Notes: generated by a model from the letters alone, not told the origin. Numbered from the stretch's first letter, positions 44,017-57,949 are shown. The stretch is 64,000 nucleotides of DNA from Octopus vulgaris (GCA_951406725.2 OX597818.1:52452001-52516000), one strand, 5' to 3'. Program-made: numbers and translations.

Positions 44017-44019
<3 letters not shown>
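42515..44019 (+). mobile_element. 5'-truncated R4/Dong-clade non-LTR retrotransposon in (TAA)n
   Basis: YKYLG, GGRGL, CCHC knuckle CRIC..ETINHIISSC, RHD, RPDIV..IDV, KLSKYKDL; (TAA)n on both flanks. Confidence 0.95.
42618..43922 (+). CDS. Uninterrupted C-terminal 434 aa of Dong/R4-type protein (RT thumb, zinc knuckle, restriction-like endonuclease); truncated and probably not expressed
   Basis: ORF track plus the motifs above. Confidence 0.85.
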   Translation: MKEKIKKEYYRRVRSILKTELNAKNKIIGINTLAVPVISYSYNILNWTRNELSKIDRKTRKILTGSRMHHPKSDIERLYIQRIEGGRGLIQLENYYKITTIGLQKYLLQKEGKLIQIAAKHEQNKKLFSVFKEADKYKQEIIPPNKHKEEEEDDEETTKAIKQMKSKLKIEQQRAMIKRWQEKPLHGKYCTKLNAKEIDKEKSQQWLRISGLKAETEGFLIAAQDQSLPTRNYQKHVMKRNITSNCRICGDGQETINHIISSCPVLAKKEYIHRHDRVGTYIHWKLCQHYGITTEKRWYRHTPEKVTENEKATILWDMPIHTDREIKANRPDIVVRDHEEKKCFLIDVSIPADDNVSLKEMEKLSKYKDLEIEVTRMWNLKTETIPIIVGALGMIKKYSDKYITKTPGLTNTYNIQKIALLGTAHILRRTLSIQ

Positions 44020-44054
<35 letters not shown>

Positions 44055-44059
44055 TAATA

Positions 44060-44131
<72 letters not shown>

Positions 44132-44139
44132 TAATAATA

Positions 44140-44641
44140 AAGAAAGATAGATGCAAATAGGCCAAACATCATATTGAAAGACTTCAGACAAAGAACATGC
44201 CTCCTCATTGATATGACTGTCCCAATCGATATAAATGTATCTATCAAGACCTACCAAAAACTGAGCAAATATAAAGATCTGGAAATGGAAATCAGCAAAA
44301 TGTGGAACCTGAAGACTAAAACAATACCTGTTGTCATAGGTGCCCTGGGAATGATAGCAAAAGGAGCTGATTGTTACCTAACTCAGATACAAGGAACCCA
44401 AAAATGGCAGAAATTCAAAAGATAGTGCTCATGGGAACTGCTCATATCCTACGCAAAATACTTTCTATGTAATCTCAAGTTTAAAACAAACATAATTTTC
44501 TTATGGTTTTTTAGACATTCAGTAGTACAACACTAAGTACAAAACCAAATATATGGCACCCTAGGCATAACACCAACACGAACTTCCAACCCTGTTGTCT
44601 CTTGAGGTCTCCGGCAAATGTAAAGCAAAAGTCAAGCATAG
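44140..44641 (+). mobile_element. 3' fragment of a second Dong-type family in (TAA)n
   Basis: CLLIDMTVPID...KLSKYKDLEMEISKMWNLKTKTIPVVIGALGMI; different 3' UTR. Confidence 0.88.
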
Positions 44642-44672
<31 letters not shown>

Positions 44673-44829
44673 TGAATAAATTATCTTTGAATTCAATGCT
44701 CATAAGGTAACACCAATCAGGCAGGAGAGGCACAAATATCTCGTTTCATGACTGCATTCGTTCTATTACTCTTTTAATGGTTTCAGTCATTGGACTGCGG
44801 CGTTGTTGGAAATCCGCCTTCAAAATATA

Positions 44830-44880
<51 letters not shown>

Positions 44881-45050
44881 TAATAATAATAATAAATTGA
44901 ATAAATTATCTTTGAATTCAATGCTCATAAGGTAACGCCAGCCAGGCAAGAGAGGCACAAGTATGTTGTTTCATGACTGCATTCGTTCTATTACTCTTGT
45001 AATGGTTTCAGTCATTGGACTGCGGCGTTGTTGGAAATTCGCCTTCAAAA
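44638..45050. repeat. Tandem duplication of (TAA)n plus ~157-bp unique segment
   Basis: 44669-44825 matches 44893-45050. Confidence 0.9.
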
Positions 45051-45515
45051 CAGGTTTTATTATTATGTCGACCCGAGTATATATTTTTAGTTCAGTATTT
45101 ATTTTATCGACCTCTGCTTGACGAACCACCAAGTAGCAAAGCATAAAGGAACAGAACATAAACAACACCGATTTTCACATTGGTGTAAGCATAAATATCT
45201 CATCACATACACAGACGTACAGACACACATACACACAAACACATACACACACACATACACTCACACACACACACACCTTCATGCATATACACACACAAAA
45301 AGCTTCTGTACTGCTTCTGCCAAATAACTTCCATTCTCATTTTGTTAATAAACAAGAGATTATAATAAAATATACCTATCCGATAATGCTGTGCAGCTAA
45401 ATCGAACCCCAAAACCACAAGTCTGCAAAGCCATATTCTTAACCATCAATCTATGCCTTCAATTATTTCGTTCTAAATGTTACACCTTGTTTTATGCAAT
45501 ATGATCCCTTTCTTA

Positions 45516-46059
45516 AGGCGGCGAGCTGGCAGAAACGTTAGCACGCTGGGTGAAATGCGTAGCCGTATTTCGTCTGCCGTTACGTTCTGGGTTCAAATTC
45601 CGCCGAGGTCGACTTTGCTTTTCATCCTTTCGGGGTCGATAAATTAAGTACCAGTTACGCACTGGGGTCGATATAATCGACTTCATCCGTTTGTCTGTCC
45701 TTGTTTGTCCCCTCTATGTTTAGCCCCTTGTGGGTAATAAAGAAACAGATATTTCGTCTGTCTTTACGTTCTGAGTTCAAATTCCGCCGAAGTCGATTTT
45801 GCTTTTCATCCTTTCGGGGTCGCACTGGGGTCGATGTAATCGACTTAATCCCTTTGTCTGTCCTTGTTTGTCCCCTCTATGTTTAGCCCCTTGTGGGTAA
45901 TAAAGAAACAGATATTTCGTGTGTCTTTACGTTCTGAGTTCAAATTCCGCCGAAGTCGATTTTGCTTTTCATCCTTTCAGGGTCGTACTGCGGTCGATCT
46001 AACCGACTGGTGCCCTCCCCACCCGCAAATTTCGGGCCTTGTGCCTAGAATAGAAAAAA
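45516..46059 (+). mobile_element. SINE group A trimer with internally deleted units and alternative tail
   Basis: Head at 45516; units 2 and 3 lack the GATAAATTAAGTACCAGTTAC segment. Confidence 0.88.
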
Positions 46060-46967
46060 TGTAGCCTCCCTCCTTTGATTTATATAGCGGTGATGGAATG
46101 TTAGCACAGACGGCCATAAATCTATTCAAAAATATTATCAGTTTCGATAAAGATCTTCTAATAATAAGATGGTCAACAGATACGACTTAAAACTTAACCA
46201 GGGACTTGAGAAAGCAGTAAAGAGGAAACTTAATTGGATAGTCATAGAGTCATTATGTTCTTAATAAGTCAAATTTAAGTCGTTCTCTGACAATTTTACT
46301 GATGTGGAAATGTTATTATGTAGCATGACTTTCCAGAAAGGAAGCAGAAATAATTATTTTCGAATGTAAAAGTCCCTATGACTCTTATTTCCATTTTCTT
46401 TCTATTTACTCTATCTCTCTCTTTGACTCTCTCGCTCTCTCCTTTCCTCTTTCTCTTTCTGCCCATGAATTCCTTTTTGATATATTTGTATCATCTATAG
46501 AAGATGTATCCTGTTATTTGTACTAACGCCTACTACTTGGGTGCTTTTTTTGTAGATGTGGAATTCAGCGTTGAATCGCGTCACCGATTTCCGCCTTGCG
46601 CATATTTTCTTGCAGGCATTGACCTATAAATGTTTCCATTGCATCAGTAACATCATTCAGGGTGGCACTACGAAGATACATAGATTATGACCTCTGACTA
46701 ACTCATACCCTCCCTCCAACCACAAAATAAAAGCGCAAAAGAGTTTGAAATATTTTTATGCCTCTCCTTCTTGTCATAAATATATGATTTGTCGAACCTG
46801 ATACTGAAGAAAAGACTCAGTAACTTATAATACACAATATCAGAACTCCATCATTCATCTATAACAGTCTTGTACCTCGTTTACCAATCATGGACTACGC
46901 GTAATTAGAACCCATAAAGAAATTACATTTGCTTAACTTCACAGTTATCGATAAGCTGTCCTGATTT

Positions 46968-47228
46968 GCTGTGTGGTAAGTAGCTTGCTTACCAACCACA
47001 TTGTTCTACGTGGTACCTTGGGCAAGTGTCTTCTACTATAGCCTCGGGCCGACCAAAGCCTTGTGAGTGGATTTGGTAGGCGGAAACTGAAAGAATCCCG
47101 ACGTATATATGTATATATATGTATGTGTGTGTATATATTTGTGTATCTGTATTTGTCCCCCCAACATCGCTTGACAACCGATGCTGGTGAGTTTACGTTA
47201 CCCGTAACTTAGCGGTTCGGTAAAAGAA
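46968..47228 (+). mobile_element. SINE group B, partial
   Basis: Head, core and microsatellite match. Confidence 0.85.
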
Positions 47229-47743
47229 ATATGTTGTATATTATAGAAATATAATACACGGTTTATTGCGCATAAATTTTAACTATAATATTTTATATGG
47301 ACCGCTAAGGGTCATATTGTCGGTTTTCAATGAAAGTTAGAACCAATCTCGGTGTAATTTGAACTCATAATGTTGGTTGAGAAATGAAACTTACTGTGCT
47401 GTGGCGTTTATTCCGCTACTCTAACCACAGTGATTGTCAACCCTTTTCGATCCATTCGAACTGAATAAGATGCTAAAAGTGTTACAAGTTTTTCATGCTT
47501 TTACTATTTATAAAAAAGCGTGTATTAAAATTGATGATGGACGGACAAACGCATTGCAATTACTGCGAAGATACATATGCAGCGGTGTGTATCTCAAAGT
47601 TTTCTTCAATACCCAGGGATTTTCTGTCTCGCTTCCAAAACCTCACGGCACACTTAAAGACAATCATATGCAGCACAACAATGCACCGTAACACAGTAGA
47701 TGAAAATGTCAGCGCGTATAATTTCTGCCTTATTATATTGCAT

Positions 47744-48090
47744 GTGAAGGAATATGGCTCAGTGGTTAGAGCGTCGAGCTTAAAATCGTGAGGTTGTGAG
47801 TTCGATTCCCGGACCGGGCTACGTGTTGTGTTCTTGAGCAAGACACTTTATTTCACGTTACTCCAGTTAACTCAGCTGTAGAAATGAGTTGCGACATCAC
47901 TGGTGCCAAGCTGTATCGGCCCCTTTGCTTTTCCCTTGGATAACATCAGTGGTGTAGAGAGGGGAGGGAGGCCGGTATGCATAGGCGACTGCTGGCCTTC
48001 CATAAACAACCTTGCTCGGACTTGTACCTCGGAGGGTAACTTTCTAGGTGCAATTCCATGGTCATTCATATTAGCGAGCACAAAGCCCAA
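47744..48090 (+). mobile_element. tRNA-derived SINE with GTTCTTGAGCAAGACACTT body
   Basis: A box TGGCTCAGTGG, B box GTTCGATTCCC; body shared with 54479-54740. Confidence 0.85.
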
Positions 48091-48196
48091 CTTAATGGAA
48101 AGTACTGTTTATGCTTTTACCAATAGCATTAAAGGAGTATATGGTTTCGAATAAGAGTTGCACACTCTAGTGTCAGCTTAGATCATAATTAAAATA

Positions 48197-49328
48197 CCTA
48201 TTTCTTTACTGCCCACAAGGGGCTAAACATAGAGGGGACAAACAAGGACAGGCAAAGGGATTAAGTCGATTACATCGACCCCAGTGCGAAACTGGTACTT
48301 TATTTATCGACCCCGAAAAGATGAAAGGCAAAGTCGACCTTGGCGGAATTTGAACTCAGAACGTAACGACAGACGAAATACCTATTTCTATTTCTTTATT
48401 ATCCACAAGGGGCTAAACATAGAGGGGACAAACAAGGACAGACATAGGTATTAAGTGGATTACATCGACCCCAGTGCGAAACTTGTACTTTATTTATCGA
48501 CCCCGAAAGGATGAAAAGCAAAGTCGACCTCGGCGGAATTTGAACGCAGAACGTAACGACAGACGAAATACCGCTAAGCATTTCGCCCGGCGTGCTAACG
48601 ATTCTGCCAGCTCGCCGCGAGTAAGTAAATCCAGTACAGCAAGTTGCCACAACATTTATCAAGTATAATAGTGCCCCGCACCTATATTCAACATACAAAG
48701 ACTACATGTTGTTTGTCTTTGGTCAACCTCGATCGTGCTGACTAACATGGTCAAAAATGCTTTATTCATAATCATCCCACTTGTTTCCGGACAGTATATT
48801 TAGACAAAGATGCAGTTGTTGGATCTGCTTGAAAAAGCAGCCGATACTTCCTGAAATGACATTCTATCATTTTTTTCTTTGAAAGAGAGAAAGGATACGA
48901 CTATATTGTATAATGTAAGCGGCGAACTGGCAGAAACGTTAGCACGCCGGGCGAAATGCTTAGCGGTATTTCGTCTGCATTACGTTCTGAGTTCAAATTC
49001 CGCCGAGGTCGACTTTGCCTTTCATCCTTTTTGGAGTCGATTAAATAAGTACCAGTTACGCACTGGGGTCGATATAATCGACTTAATACCTATATCTGTC
49101 CTTGTTTGTCCCCTCTATGTTTAGCACCTTGTGGGTAGTAAAGAAATAGGTATTTCGTCTGTCGTTACGTGCTGAGTTCAAATTCCGCCGAGGTCGACTT
49201 TGCCTTTCATCCTTTCGGGGTCGATAAATTAAGTACCAGTTTCGCACTGGGGTCGATGTAATCAACTTAATCCCTTTGTCCCTGTTTGTCCCCTCTATGT
49301 TTAGCCCCTTGTGGGTAGTAAAGAAATA
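48197..49328. mobile_element. Two SINE group A dimers head-to-head (48197-48618 -, 48919-49328 +)
   Basis: The second has TSD TATATTGTATAATGTA. Confidence 0.9.
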
Positions 49329-50409
49329 TATATTGTATAATGTAGTCCTAAAATAAACTACTAAGACAATGGAGTAATGCTAAACTATGAGGCGATCTTT
49401 CGAACTTTGTATATATAAGATGACGGATAAAGTAAAACATTGAATCAAAGTGAAAGATAACGTCTTCACAGCATTCGTTTAAATGCTTTAGACATCCCTA
49501 TCTCGTACGAGTGTTATATTTTAGGTTAGCAAAAATTAAAGCAAGAAATAAAATATAATATATAAATGCATTTTACTCAAAATCGAGTTTTGCAGTTATG
49601 TCCGAATATTAAAGATAAACATGGCAGCAAGTTGGCAGAGCCATTTGGATGCCAAACAAAAGGCTTAGAGACATTTTGTTCGACTTTGCGTTCTGAGTTC
49701 ATTGATCTCGATTTTGACTTTTATCCTTTCGGGGTCGATGAAATAAATACCGGTTGAGCACTGGAGACAATGAAATCGACTGACTACCTCTCTTCTAGTT
49801 TCAGACCTTGTACCCATTACAGAAAGAATCATTATTTTTTATTTTTTTATTTTATCTAGTTTCAGCTCACGAGCTGTGGCCATGCTGGGGCACCGCCATT
49901 TTATTAAAGATAATTTGTATAACTTTGTTTATTCATTGGTTTCATTTCGTTATTTTACATATATAAATTACGAAAGACCACCAATTGTGAATATGTTCAT
50001 ATACATATGTTTAATAAATATACATTTAACATCGTTATGATTATTTACGACTGGAGGAGAATGCTATCTCATAGGAGTGACTATTCTTGCTTCTCTTACT
50101 GTGAGAGAGAAAGTGAAAGTAGTTCACACCTTACGGAAAATGTAACAAGTAACAAGTATTGATGTTACTCATTTGCATATCAGTACATTGACTGGCAAAT
50201 AAATGAAATAAGCTCTGTTACTCATTGCAGTTACCGCAAGCTATAAGCTGCTTACTCTCCTTCAGTAGGATGTATGTGAGTAGACACTCCCAGCAAATCT
50301 AGCCACCACTTTAATATGCTGCATAACTTGAGTAAAAATTGAAGCAAAACCACAATAACCAATCGAAATACACGCCACCTTTTTCAGGTTCGTCCTGCAA
50401 AACAAGCCA

Positions 50410-50870
50410 CTTCCTCTCCCTCTCTCCCTCCCCATCTCTCTCTCCCTCCCTCCCCATCTCTCTCTCTCTCCCTCCCCATCTCTCTCCCTCTCTCCCTCCC
50501 CATCTCTCTCTCTCTCTCCCTCCCCATCTCTCTCTCTTCCTCCCCATCTCTCTCTCTCCCTCCCCATCTCTCTCTTTCCCTCCCCATCTCTCTCTCTTCC
50601 TCCCCATCTCTCTTCCTCTCTCCCTCCCCATCTCTCTCTCTCCCTCCCCATCTCTCTCTTTTCCTCCCCATCTCTCTCTCTTCCTCCCCATCTCTCTCCC
50701 TCTCTCCCTCCCCATCTCTCTCTCTCTCCCTCCCCATCTCTCTCTCCCTCCCCATCTCTTTCTCCCTCCCCATCTCTCTCTCTCTCTCCCCCATCTCTCT
50801 CCCTGTCTCCCTCCCCATCTCTCTCTCTCCCTCCCCATCTCTCTCCTCTCTCTCTCTCTCTCCTTCCCCA

Positions 50871-50906
<36 letters not shown>

Positions 50907-50967
50907 CATCTCTCTCTCTCTCTCTCCCTCCCCATCTCTCTCTCTCTCCCCTCCTCATCTCTCTCTT

Positions 50968-51033
<66 letters not shown>
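50410..51033. repeat. Polypyrimidine minisatellite (CCCTCCCCATCTCTCTCT-type units) ending in (CT)n
   Basis: Direct inspection. Confidence 0.95.
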
Positions 51034-51036
<3 letters not shown>

Positions 51037-51167
51037 ACCAATGAGGACAGGAGAAACAGAACAGGTTTCTGATTCTCCGGAAATTCCAAATAATCATAGG
51101 ATCTGCAATTTTATCATCTCTCAACTGAGAACATTGATATCTAAAAATGTTACAGTATTACATTAAG

Positions 51168-51462
51168 AGTGGAGGCGCAACGGCCCAATGGTTAGGGCAG
51201 CGGACTCGCGGTTTCGATTCCCAGACTGGGCGTTGTGTGTATTTATTGAGCGAAAACACCTAAAGCTCCACGATGTACCGGCAGGAGGTGGTGGCGACCC
51301 CTGTTGTACTCTTTCGCCTCAACTTTCACTCTTTCTTTCTGTTTCTTGAGCAACGCTGCGATGGACTGGCGTTTCGTCCAGCTGGTTGGAGGGGGACACA
51401 TACGTCACAAAAACCGGGAGACCGGGCCCATGAGCCTGGCTAAGCTTGAAAAGGGCGCGCAA
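51168..51462 (+). mobile_element. SINE group C variant, tail type 4
   Basis: Head and body as 35314; tail CCGGGCCCATGAGCCT..AAAAGGGCGC as 54479 copy. Confidence 0.85.
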
Positions 51463-51557
51463 ATAAATTGGAATCTACAATTTCCTGGAAGCATGTGTCA
51501 CAGTATTCGCATCGCGGATGACGAGTCTACCGCCACAGAACGGGAAAACTGTCACAC

Positions 51558-51790
51558 CTATTTCTTTATTACCCACAAGGGGCTAAACACAGAGAGGACA
51601 AACAAGGACAGACATAGGTATTATGTCGATTGCATCGACCGCAGTGCGTAACTGGTACTTAATTTATCGACCCCGAAAGGATGAAAGGCAAAGTCGACCT
51701 CGGCGGAATTTGAACTCACAACGTAACGGCAGACGAAGTACCGCAAAGCATTTCGCCCGGTGTGCTAACGCTTCTGCTAGCTCGCCGCCT
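51558..51790 (-). mobile_element. SINE group A monomer
   Basis: Head plus body; TGTCACACC on both flanks. Confidence 0.9.
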
Positions 51791-51915
51791 TTTGTCACAC
51801 CGTCAGGCCTCTCATTGCCCCTGCTCCGGTCTGGTCCCGCTGGCTCAAGATGAGAAGGGAAGCCTGCAGCGTGTCCGTCTCTCTCCCTTTCTTTCCCCCT
51901 CAATTATATATATAT

Positions 51916-52252
51916 AATATTTTTTATAATTATGAATATAATTATAATTAGGGTTCAGCAAAAAAAAAAAATTGCTTCTCCACATACCGAACTTTAGAAA
52001 TAGCAGCCAAAGTACTTAGCTATTTCTTCTTATAGTAGAAGAAATAGCTAAGTTCTTTGGCTGCTATTTCTAAAGTTCGGTATGTGGAGAAGCAAATTTT
52101 TTTTGCTAAACCCTAATTATAATTATATTCATAACTATAAAAAATATTGTTTAAGTTTACCGAAAATGGTCCTTTTAACATGCCGAATACTACTTGATGG
52201 AAGTAGTAATTATTAATTAATTAATCAATTTTACCCTTTATTATTATTGATA
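51916..52252. mobile_element. Fold-back element (arms 51916-52030 / 52037-52148) plus extension; related to 53225-53415
   Basis: GAAGAAATAGC.AA.TT.TTTGGCTGCTATTTCT..AAGTTCGGT.TGTGG shared with the hammerhead-bearing element. Confidence 0.75.
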
Positions 52253-52368
52253 TATATAAGAATGTATGTATATATACGTACATATGTGTGTGTATGTGTG
52301 TATGCACATACATATATACACACACACATATATATGTATGTATATATATATATATATATCTATATCTA

Positions 52369-52415
<47 letters not shown>

Positions 52416-52432
52416 TTATCTATTTATATCTA

Positions 52433-53059
<627 letters not shown>

Positions 53060-53064
53060 AAAAT

Positions 53065-53133
53065 ATGCTCTGAGCTGATGAAGGAAAAGTGGCGTTTAAC
53101 CCACGAATCCAGAAACAGGCTGTCCTCGGGTAT
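53065..53133 (+). ncRNA. Type I hammerhead ribozyme at the 5' part of a ~360-bp element (53055-53415)
   Basis: TCTGAG-CTGATGA-A-GGA..GTGG..CCAC..TCC-A-GAAAC-AGGCT-GTC-CTCGGG; GUC cleavage triplet. Confidence 0.82.
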
Positions 53134-53415
53134 CTTATATGGATGTGATCTTTCATTGTTTTTCCCTTATACCTATGTGAGTTATTTTCTGAGTATACAT
53201 TGTCTGGAGACTTTTATTTGCAGTTGAAGAAATAGCCAAATTTTTGGCTGCTATTTCTGAAAAGTTCGGTGTGTGGTAAAGTGAATTTTTTACTTTACCA
53301 TATTTTTATAAATTAATACTTCAAATATACCGTAAACGGTCTTTTTACATAACGAATACTGCTTGGTCGAATTGATTAACAATTAATTAATTCTACCCCT
53401 TTTTTACTGACAATA

Positions 53416-53447
<32 letters not shown>

Positions 53448-53988
53448 CCCCCATATATATATATATATAGAGAGAGAGAGTATTTGAAGAGGTGTATAGA
53501 TATTGCATATCGAGACAAAGGAGGCAGTCAAAATTTTGAACAATTCTTTATTAGCGCTTTCGTTCATTTATCGAATTCGTCAAGACAAAATTAAAACCAA
53601 AATGATTTTTATTTTGTCATGACATGTTCGATAAGCGAACGAAAGCGCTAATAAAGAATTATCTAAAATTCTGACTGCCTTCTTTTTTTCAATACACACA
53701 TATACGGACACATGTATGTACATACGTATGTATGTATATATGCATATGCATATTTTGTTGATATCGTAATAATTTATAAACTTTCGAGAGTTTGAGTTGA
53801 ATCTCGAAGTATACATATTAGCACTGGTTGAGAAGCCATTTTGGTTAACTTTAAATTTAGTTTGAGATTCAATTCCAAAAAAATTATTGTTGTTGTTGTT
53901 GATCTTTACTTTTAACCTGCATGTTTGTTGCAATCACTTGCCAAGACACACCCAGCACCCTAAGGCAAGTGAAAGATTAGGGATGCTA

Positions 53989-54415
53989 CATCATCATCAT
54001 TGTTCGACCGTGGTCGAGACAATGGAATTTACTATGTTACGCCAGACCTCACGGTCCATCATAGCATTACGGAGGTCCTGTTGCTGGATGCCTGTATCCC
54101 TGGAGATTACATCAGGGTAGGAGAGTGTGCACCCTCTGGTATCGCGAGCAGATGTCTTCCAGAGGAGAAGAGTAGAAATTACCTTGTTTTCAGCTCCACA
54201 ACAATGTCCAGCAAACTGGACCCTTCTACCTTTCACAAGAGATGATACAGGTGGTAGTTTCCCATATATTTGTACTTTGGTTGGATGACGCTTCCACCAG
54301 AGATTTTGAGCTCTCATAAGGAGGTGAGTGTAAGTTCCATCCAACCGCCTCTCAAGCTTCTTTGATAACGTCCAGGTTTCTGAGCCATATAGTAGAATTG
54401 ATGTTACAGTATAAC
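53989..54415 (-). mobile_element. RTE-group LINE 3' fragment
   Basis: SILLYGSETWTL...QFAGHC...DREVWR; (TGA)n tail. Confidence 0.85.
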
Positions 54416-54478
54416 TGAAAGTTTGGGGAGAGTAAGTCTTGGGGTAGCAGCGAAATATCTTCATGTAATACTACACAT

Positions 54479-54740
54479 GTAGAGGCGCGTGGCTTAGTGG
54501 TTAGGGTGTCAGCATCATGATCATAAGATTGTGGTTTCGATTCCTGGACCGGGCGACGCGTTGTGTTCTTGACCAAAACACTTCATTTCACATTGCTCCT
54601 GTCCACTCAGCTGGCAAAAATGAGTAACGCGGCGATGGACTGGCGTCCCATCCAGCTGGGGAACACATATGCCATAGAAACCGGGAAACCGGGCCCGTGA
54701 GCCTCGCTAGGCTTTAAAAGGGCGCATTTATTTATTTTAT
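54479..54740 (+). mobile_element. tRNA-derived SINE
   Basis: A and B boxes; imperfect TSD TAATAC(T/A)ACACA. Confidence 0.85.
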
Positions 54741-54754
54741 TAATACAACACATA

Positions 54755-55190
54755 ATTTTAAATTGATAGGGTTTTTCTAAATATGTGGGAAGTACTTGTC
54801 AGCACAATCTTTTGGATTTCTCAGAGACATGGTTCTCCTGAGATGTTGTCTAAATGTTTCTGACATCTCTTTTTTTTATCATACCTAGGGCACCTACAAT
54901 AACAGGAACAGTTTTTGCTTTGAGATGCCATATCTGGTGTATTTCAATTTCCAGGTCCTTATATTTACTAAGTTTGTCAAATTCCTTCACATATATATTT
55001 TTACCAATGAAAACATTTACATCTATTAGTCTACAATTGTTTTCTTCCCTATCTTTAATAATTATGTCTGGTCGATTAGCCTAGATCATTCAGTCAGTGT
55101 TGACTGGAAAATCCCAGAGGTTAGTGACATTATATGGCTCGGAATGATGATCATACCAGTAAGCAGGAGTGCCGATTTTGTAAAACCACC
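54755..55190 (-). mobile_element. Decayed Dong/R4-type RLE fragment
   Basis: ANRPDIIIKD...LIDV...KLSKYKDLEIEI...PVIVGALGMIKK on the minus strand. Confidence 0.85.
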
Positions 55191-55432
55191 ACGTGGATTC
55201 TGTTAAGGCTAGCAAGAAACAACTATAAACTTTTTTCATTACACTTAACTTTTTAAAATAGTTTTGATAAGGTTCGTTTTTCCAAGAAGAATCGAAACAT
55301 GTAAAATTTCTAAGAAAATTAAAATTTATCTTTTATAGTGGCGTTTTCAAACTTCCTTTTTATAAATATATATCCACTCGTATACGACCTACACTTATTA
55401 TAAATATTTTCCAATGTAAATAATAATTATCA

Positions 55433-55439
<7 letters not shown>

Positions 55440-55493
<54 letters not shown>

Positions 55494-55603
55494 AGTAATG
55501 ATATATACAGTAAAGTAAAATAAAATAAACATATAAATATATGTACAGACTGGACAACGCAGATAGCTGTATGTATGAGTGTGTGAGTTTGTGTGTGTGT
55601 GTG

Positions 55604-55640
<37 letters not shown>

Positions 55641-56060
55641 ATGTGTGTGTGTGCGTATGTATTTATACCAGTGCACCCAGGCGGACATACCCAAGAGGTT
55701 AAAGAGTGAAATCGAAACAAGAGTATCGTGTTTACGAAGCGAAACTCTTAACCCTACGCCCATGTTGTGTTTATAAGGATGAACAGATGTGTGCGAGGCA
55801 TACGTATATGAAATGATTACACAATTTATCTGTACACCAGTGTCTCAGTACTAAACGTCACTAGTAAATAAAGTTTACCAGTCAATGAACGTTTATGCAA
55901 ATGAGGAACCACTGCACTTTTTATTACTTGCAGTTTTCACACAGAGGCTGTAGCCTCTTGTTCTTTCTGTTGACCGACAACGAGAAGGCACTCCCGCTGA
56001 AAAGGCAATTACCCAGTCATGCTGTTCTCGGATGAGTCTTGGAAGGTAAAACTGAGAAAT
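55440..56060. repeat. Copy 2 of inverted duplication; ATGCAAAT at 55895-55902
   Basis: Reverse complement of 41437-42025. Confidence 0.92.
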
Positions 56061-56561
56061 AGAGGGAGAGAGAGCGAGCGAGGAAACGATTGTGTGTATG
56101 AGAGAGAGGGGGCAGACAGACAGTCAGACAAATACTGAGGGAACGAGAGCGGTGGAGTTCTAGGTTACGAAATGGGGTTTAATATGTTTTCTTATAATTT
56201 ATCTTTAGTTGGTTTAGTCATACGAGTACGGTCATGCTGGGGCACCGCCTTGAAGAAATAGACCTCAGAACTTATGTTTTTCCTTTAAGTCTTGTACATA
56301 TTCTATCGGTCGTTTTGCCAAACCGCTATGTTACAGGGATGCAAAATAAACCAACACCAGTTGTCAAACACAAACGCAAAGACACATGCACACACACATG
56401 TACGATGGGCTTCCGCACAGTTTCCGTCTACGAAATTTATCCACAAGGCTTTGATCGTCCTGAAGCTATAGAATAAGACACTTGCCCGCGTGCTGCAAAG
56501 TGGAACTGAACTCCAAACCATGTCTTTGCAAAGTAAGCTTCGTAACCACAGAACCATACCA

Positions 56562-56642
<81 letters not shown>

Positions 56643-56655
56643 GCATATATGTACA

Positions 56656-56687
<32 letters not shown>

Positions 56688-56994
56688 CACACATATATAT
56701 ACATATATGTATGTATATAGATATATATACGGGTGTGTGTGATTGTGTATAGAAGAATATATTAATAAAAGGGATTCTAACCTTGTCTGATTTTCACGTT
56801 TTATTTACAATCTTATAATGATATAATATAATATAATATAATATAATATAATATAATAAAATAAAATAAAATAAAATAAAATAATAGAATGTTAAATGTT
56901 CATTCTGATTGAACTAGTACTTTCATGCATTAAATTCTGCAATCTTCAGGTTCATGTAGTAGTGGTGACAGTCATGCTTCACAATTTTTGACTG

Positions 56995-57056
<62 letters not shown>

Positions 57057-57175
57057 CAGGGCTTATTCTTTGTAAGCCCAGTACTATTCTATCGGTCTCT
57101 TTTGCCGAATCGCTAATTTACGGGGACGTAAGCACGCACCAACATCGGTTGTCAAGTGATGGTTGGGGGGACAAA

Positions 57176-57207
<32 letters not shown>

Positions 57208-57358
57208 CGACGGGTTTCTTTCAGTTTCCCTCTACCAAATCCACTCACAAGACTTGAGTCGACCTGAGGCTATAATAAAAGACACTTGTTCAAGGTGCCA
57301 CGCAGGAGGACTGAACTCGGAACCATCTGGTTGAGAAGCAAGCTTCTTATCACACAGC
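57057..57358 (-). mobile_element. SINE group B, partial (another diverged copy at 56205-56555)
   Basis: Collinear with the family. Confidence 0.8.
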
Positions 57359-57853
57359 TGTTCTCAATTTAAATGTACCCCTGGGTACTTTATGTCGGTA
57401 AGAAAGATGGGTAGATCAAGCATGAAATATTGTAGACCATCATGGCCGCATAACGAAAGATTTCCTGGAATATCCTTTAGTAGTGCGGCCTGCCTGGCGA
57501 TGAGTTATGTTTCATGTGACCCACTTCTTGGGAATAGTTGCTCATGTCTGACATAGACCATGTTTACTCTGTTAGAAAATTTGAGCGAGGGCAAAGTAAC
57601 AAAAATAAAGAAGAAAGATAATGGTAACTGTTTTATCTATTGTCTCATACCATTCCTACGACTGGTGGGATACGGTTTGAGGAAGATTCGACTGCTGTTT
57701 TTAGCAGACCAAGCAATTAAATAGAGGCTTCCTCGTTGGCTTTAGAAGTATATCCTCATCGTAGCTTTTTTCTAAGGACATGGTAGCTGATATTCACTCA
57801 TATCAAAATCGTCGCCTTTGGTTACTCATTCGAATCACACGGCCTCGTGCGCG

Positions 57854-57941
<88 letters not shown>

Positions 57942-57949
57942 TTATATAT

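Noticed and set aside
46578-46680. Possible minus-strand terminal exon (ATLNDVTDAMETFIGQCLQENMRKAEIGDAIQR*) downstream of the third octamer module
   Set aside because: Short, no recognisable homology and no partner exons; would need RNA-seq or tBLASTn
47495-47791. CNYC...NLTAHLK resembling a BED zinc finger
   Set aside because: Spacing is off and no transposase follows; at most a decayed hAT remnant
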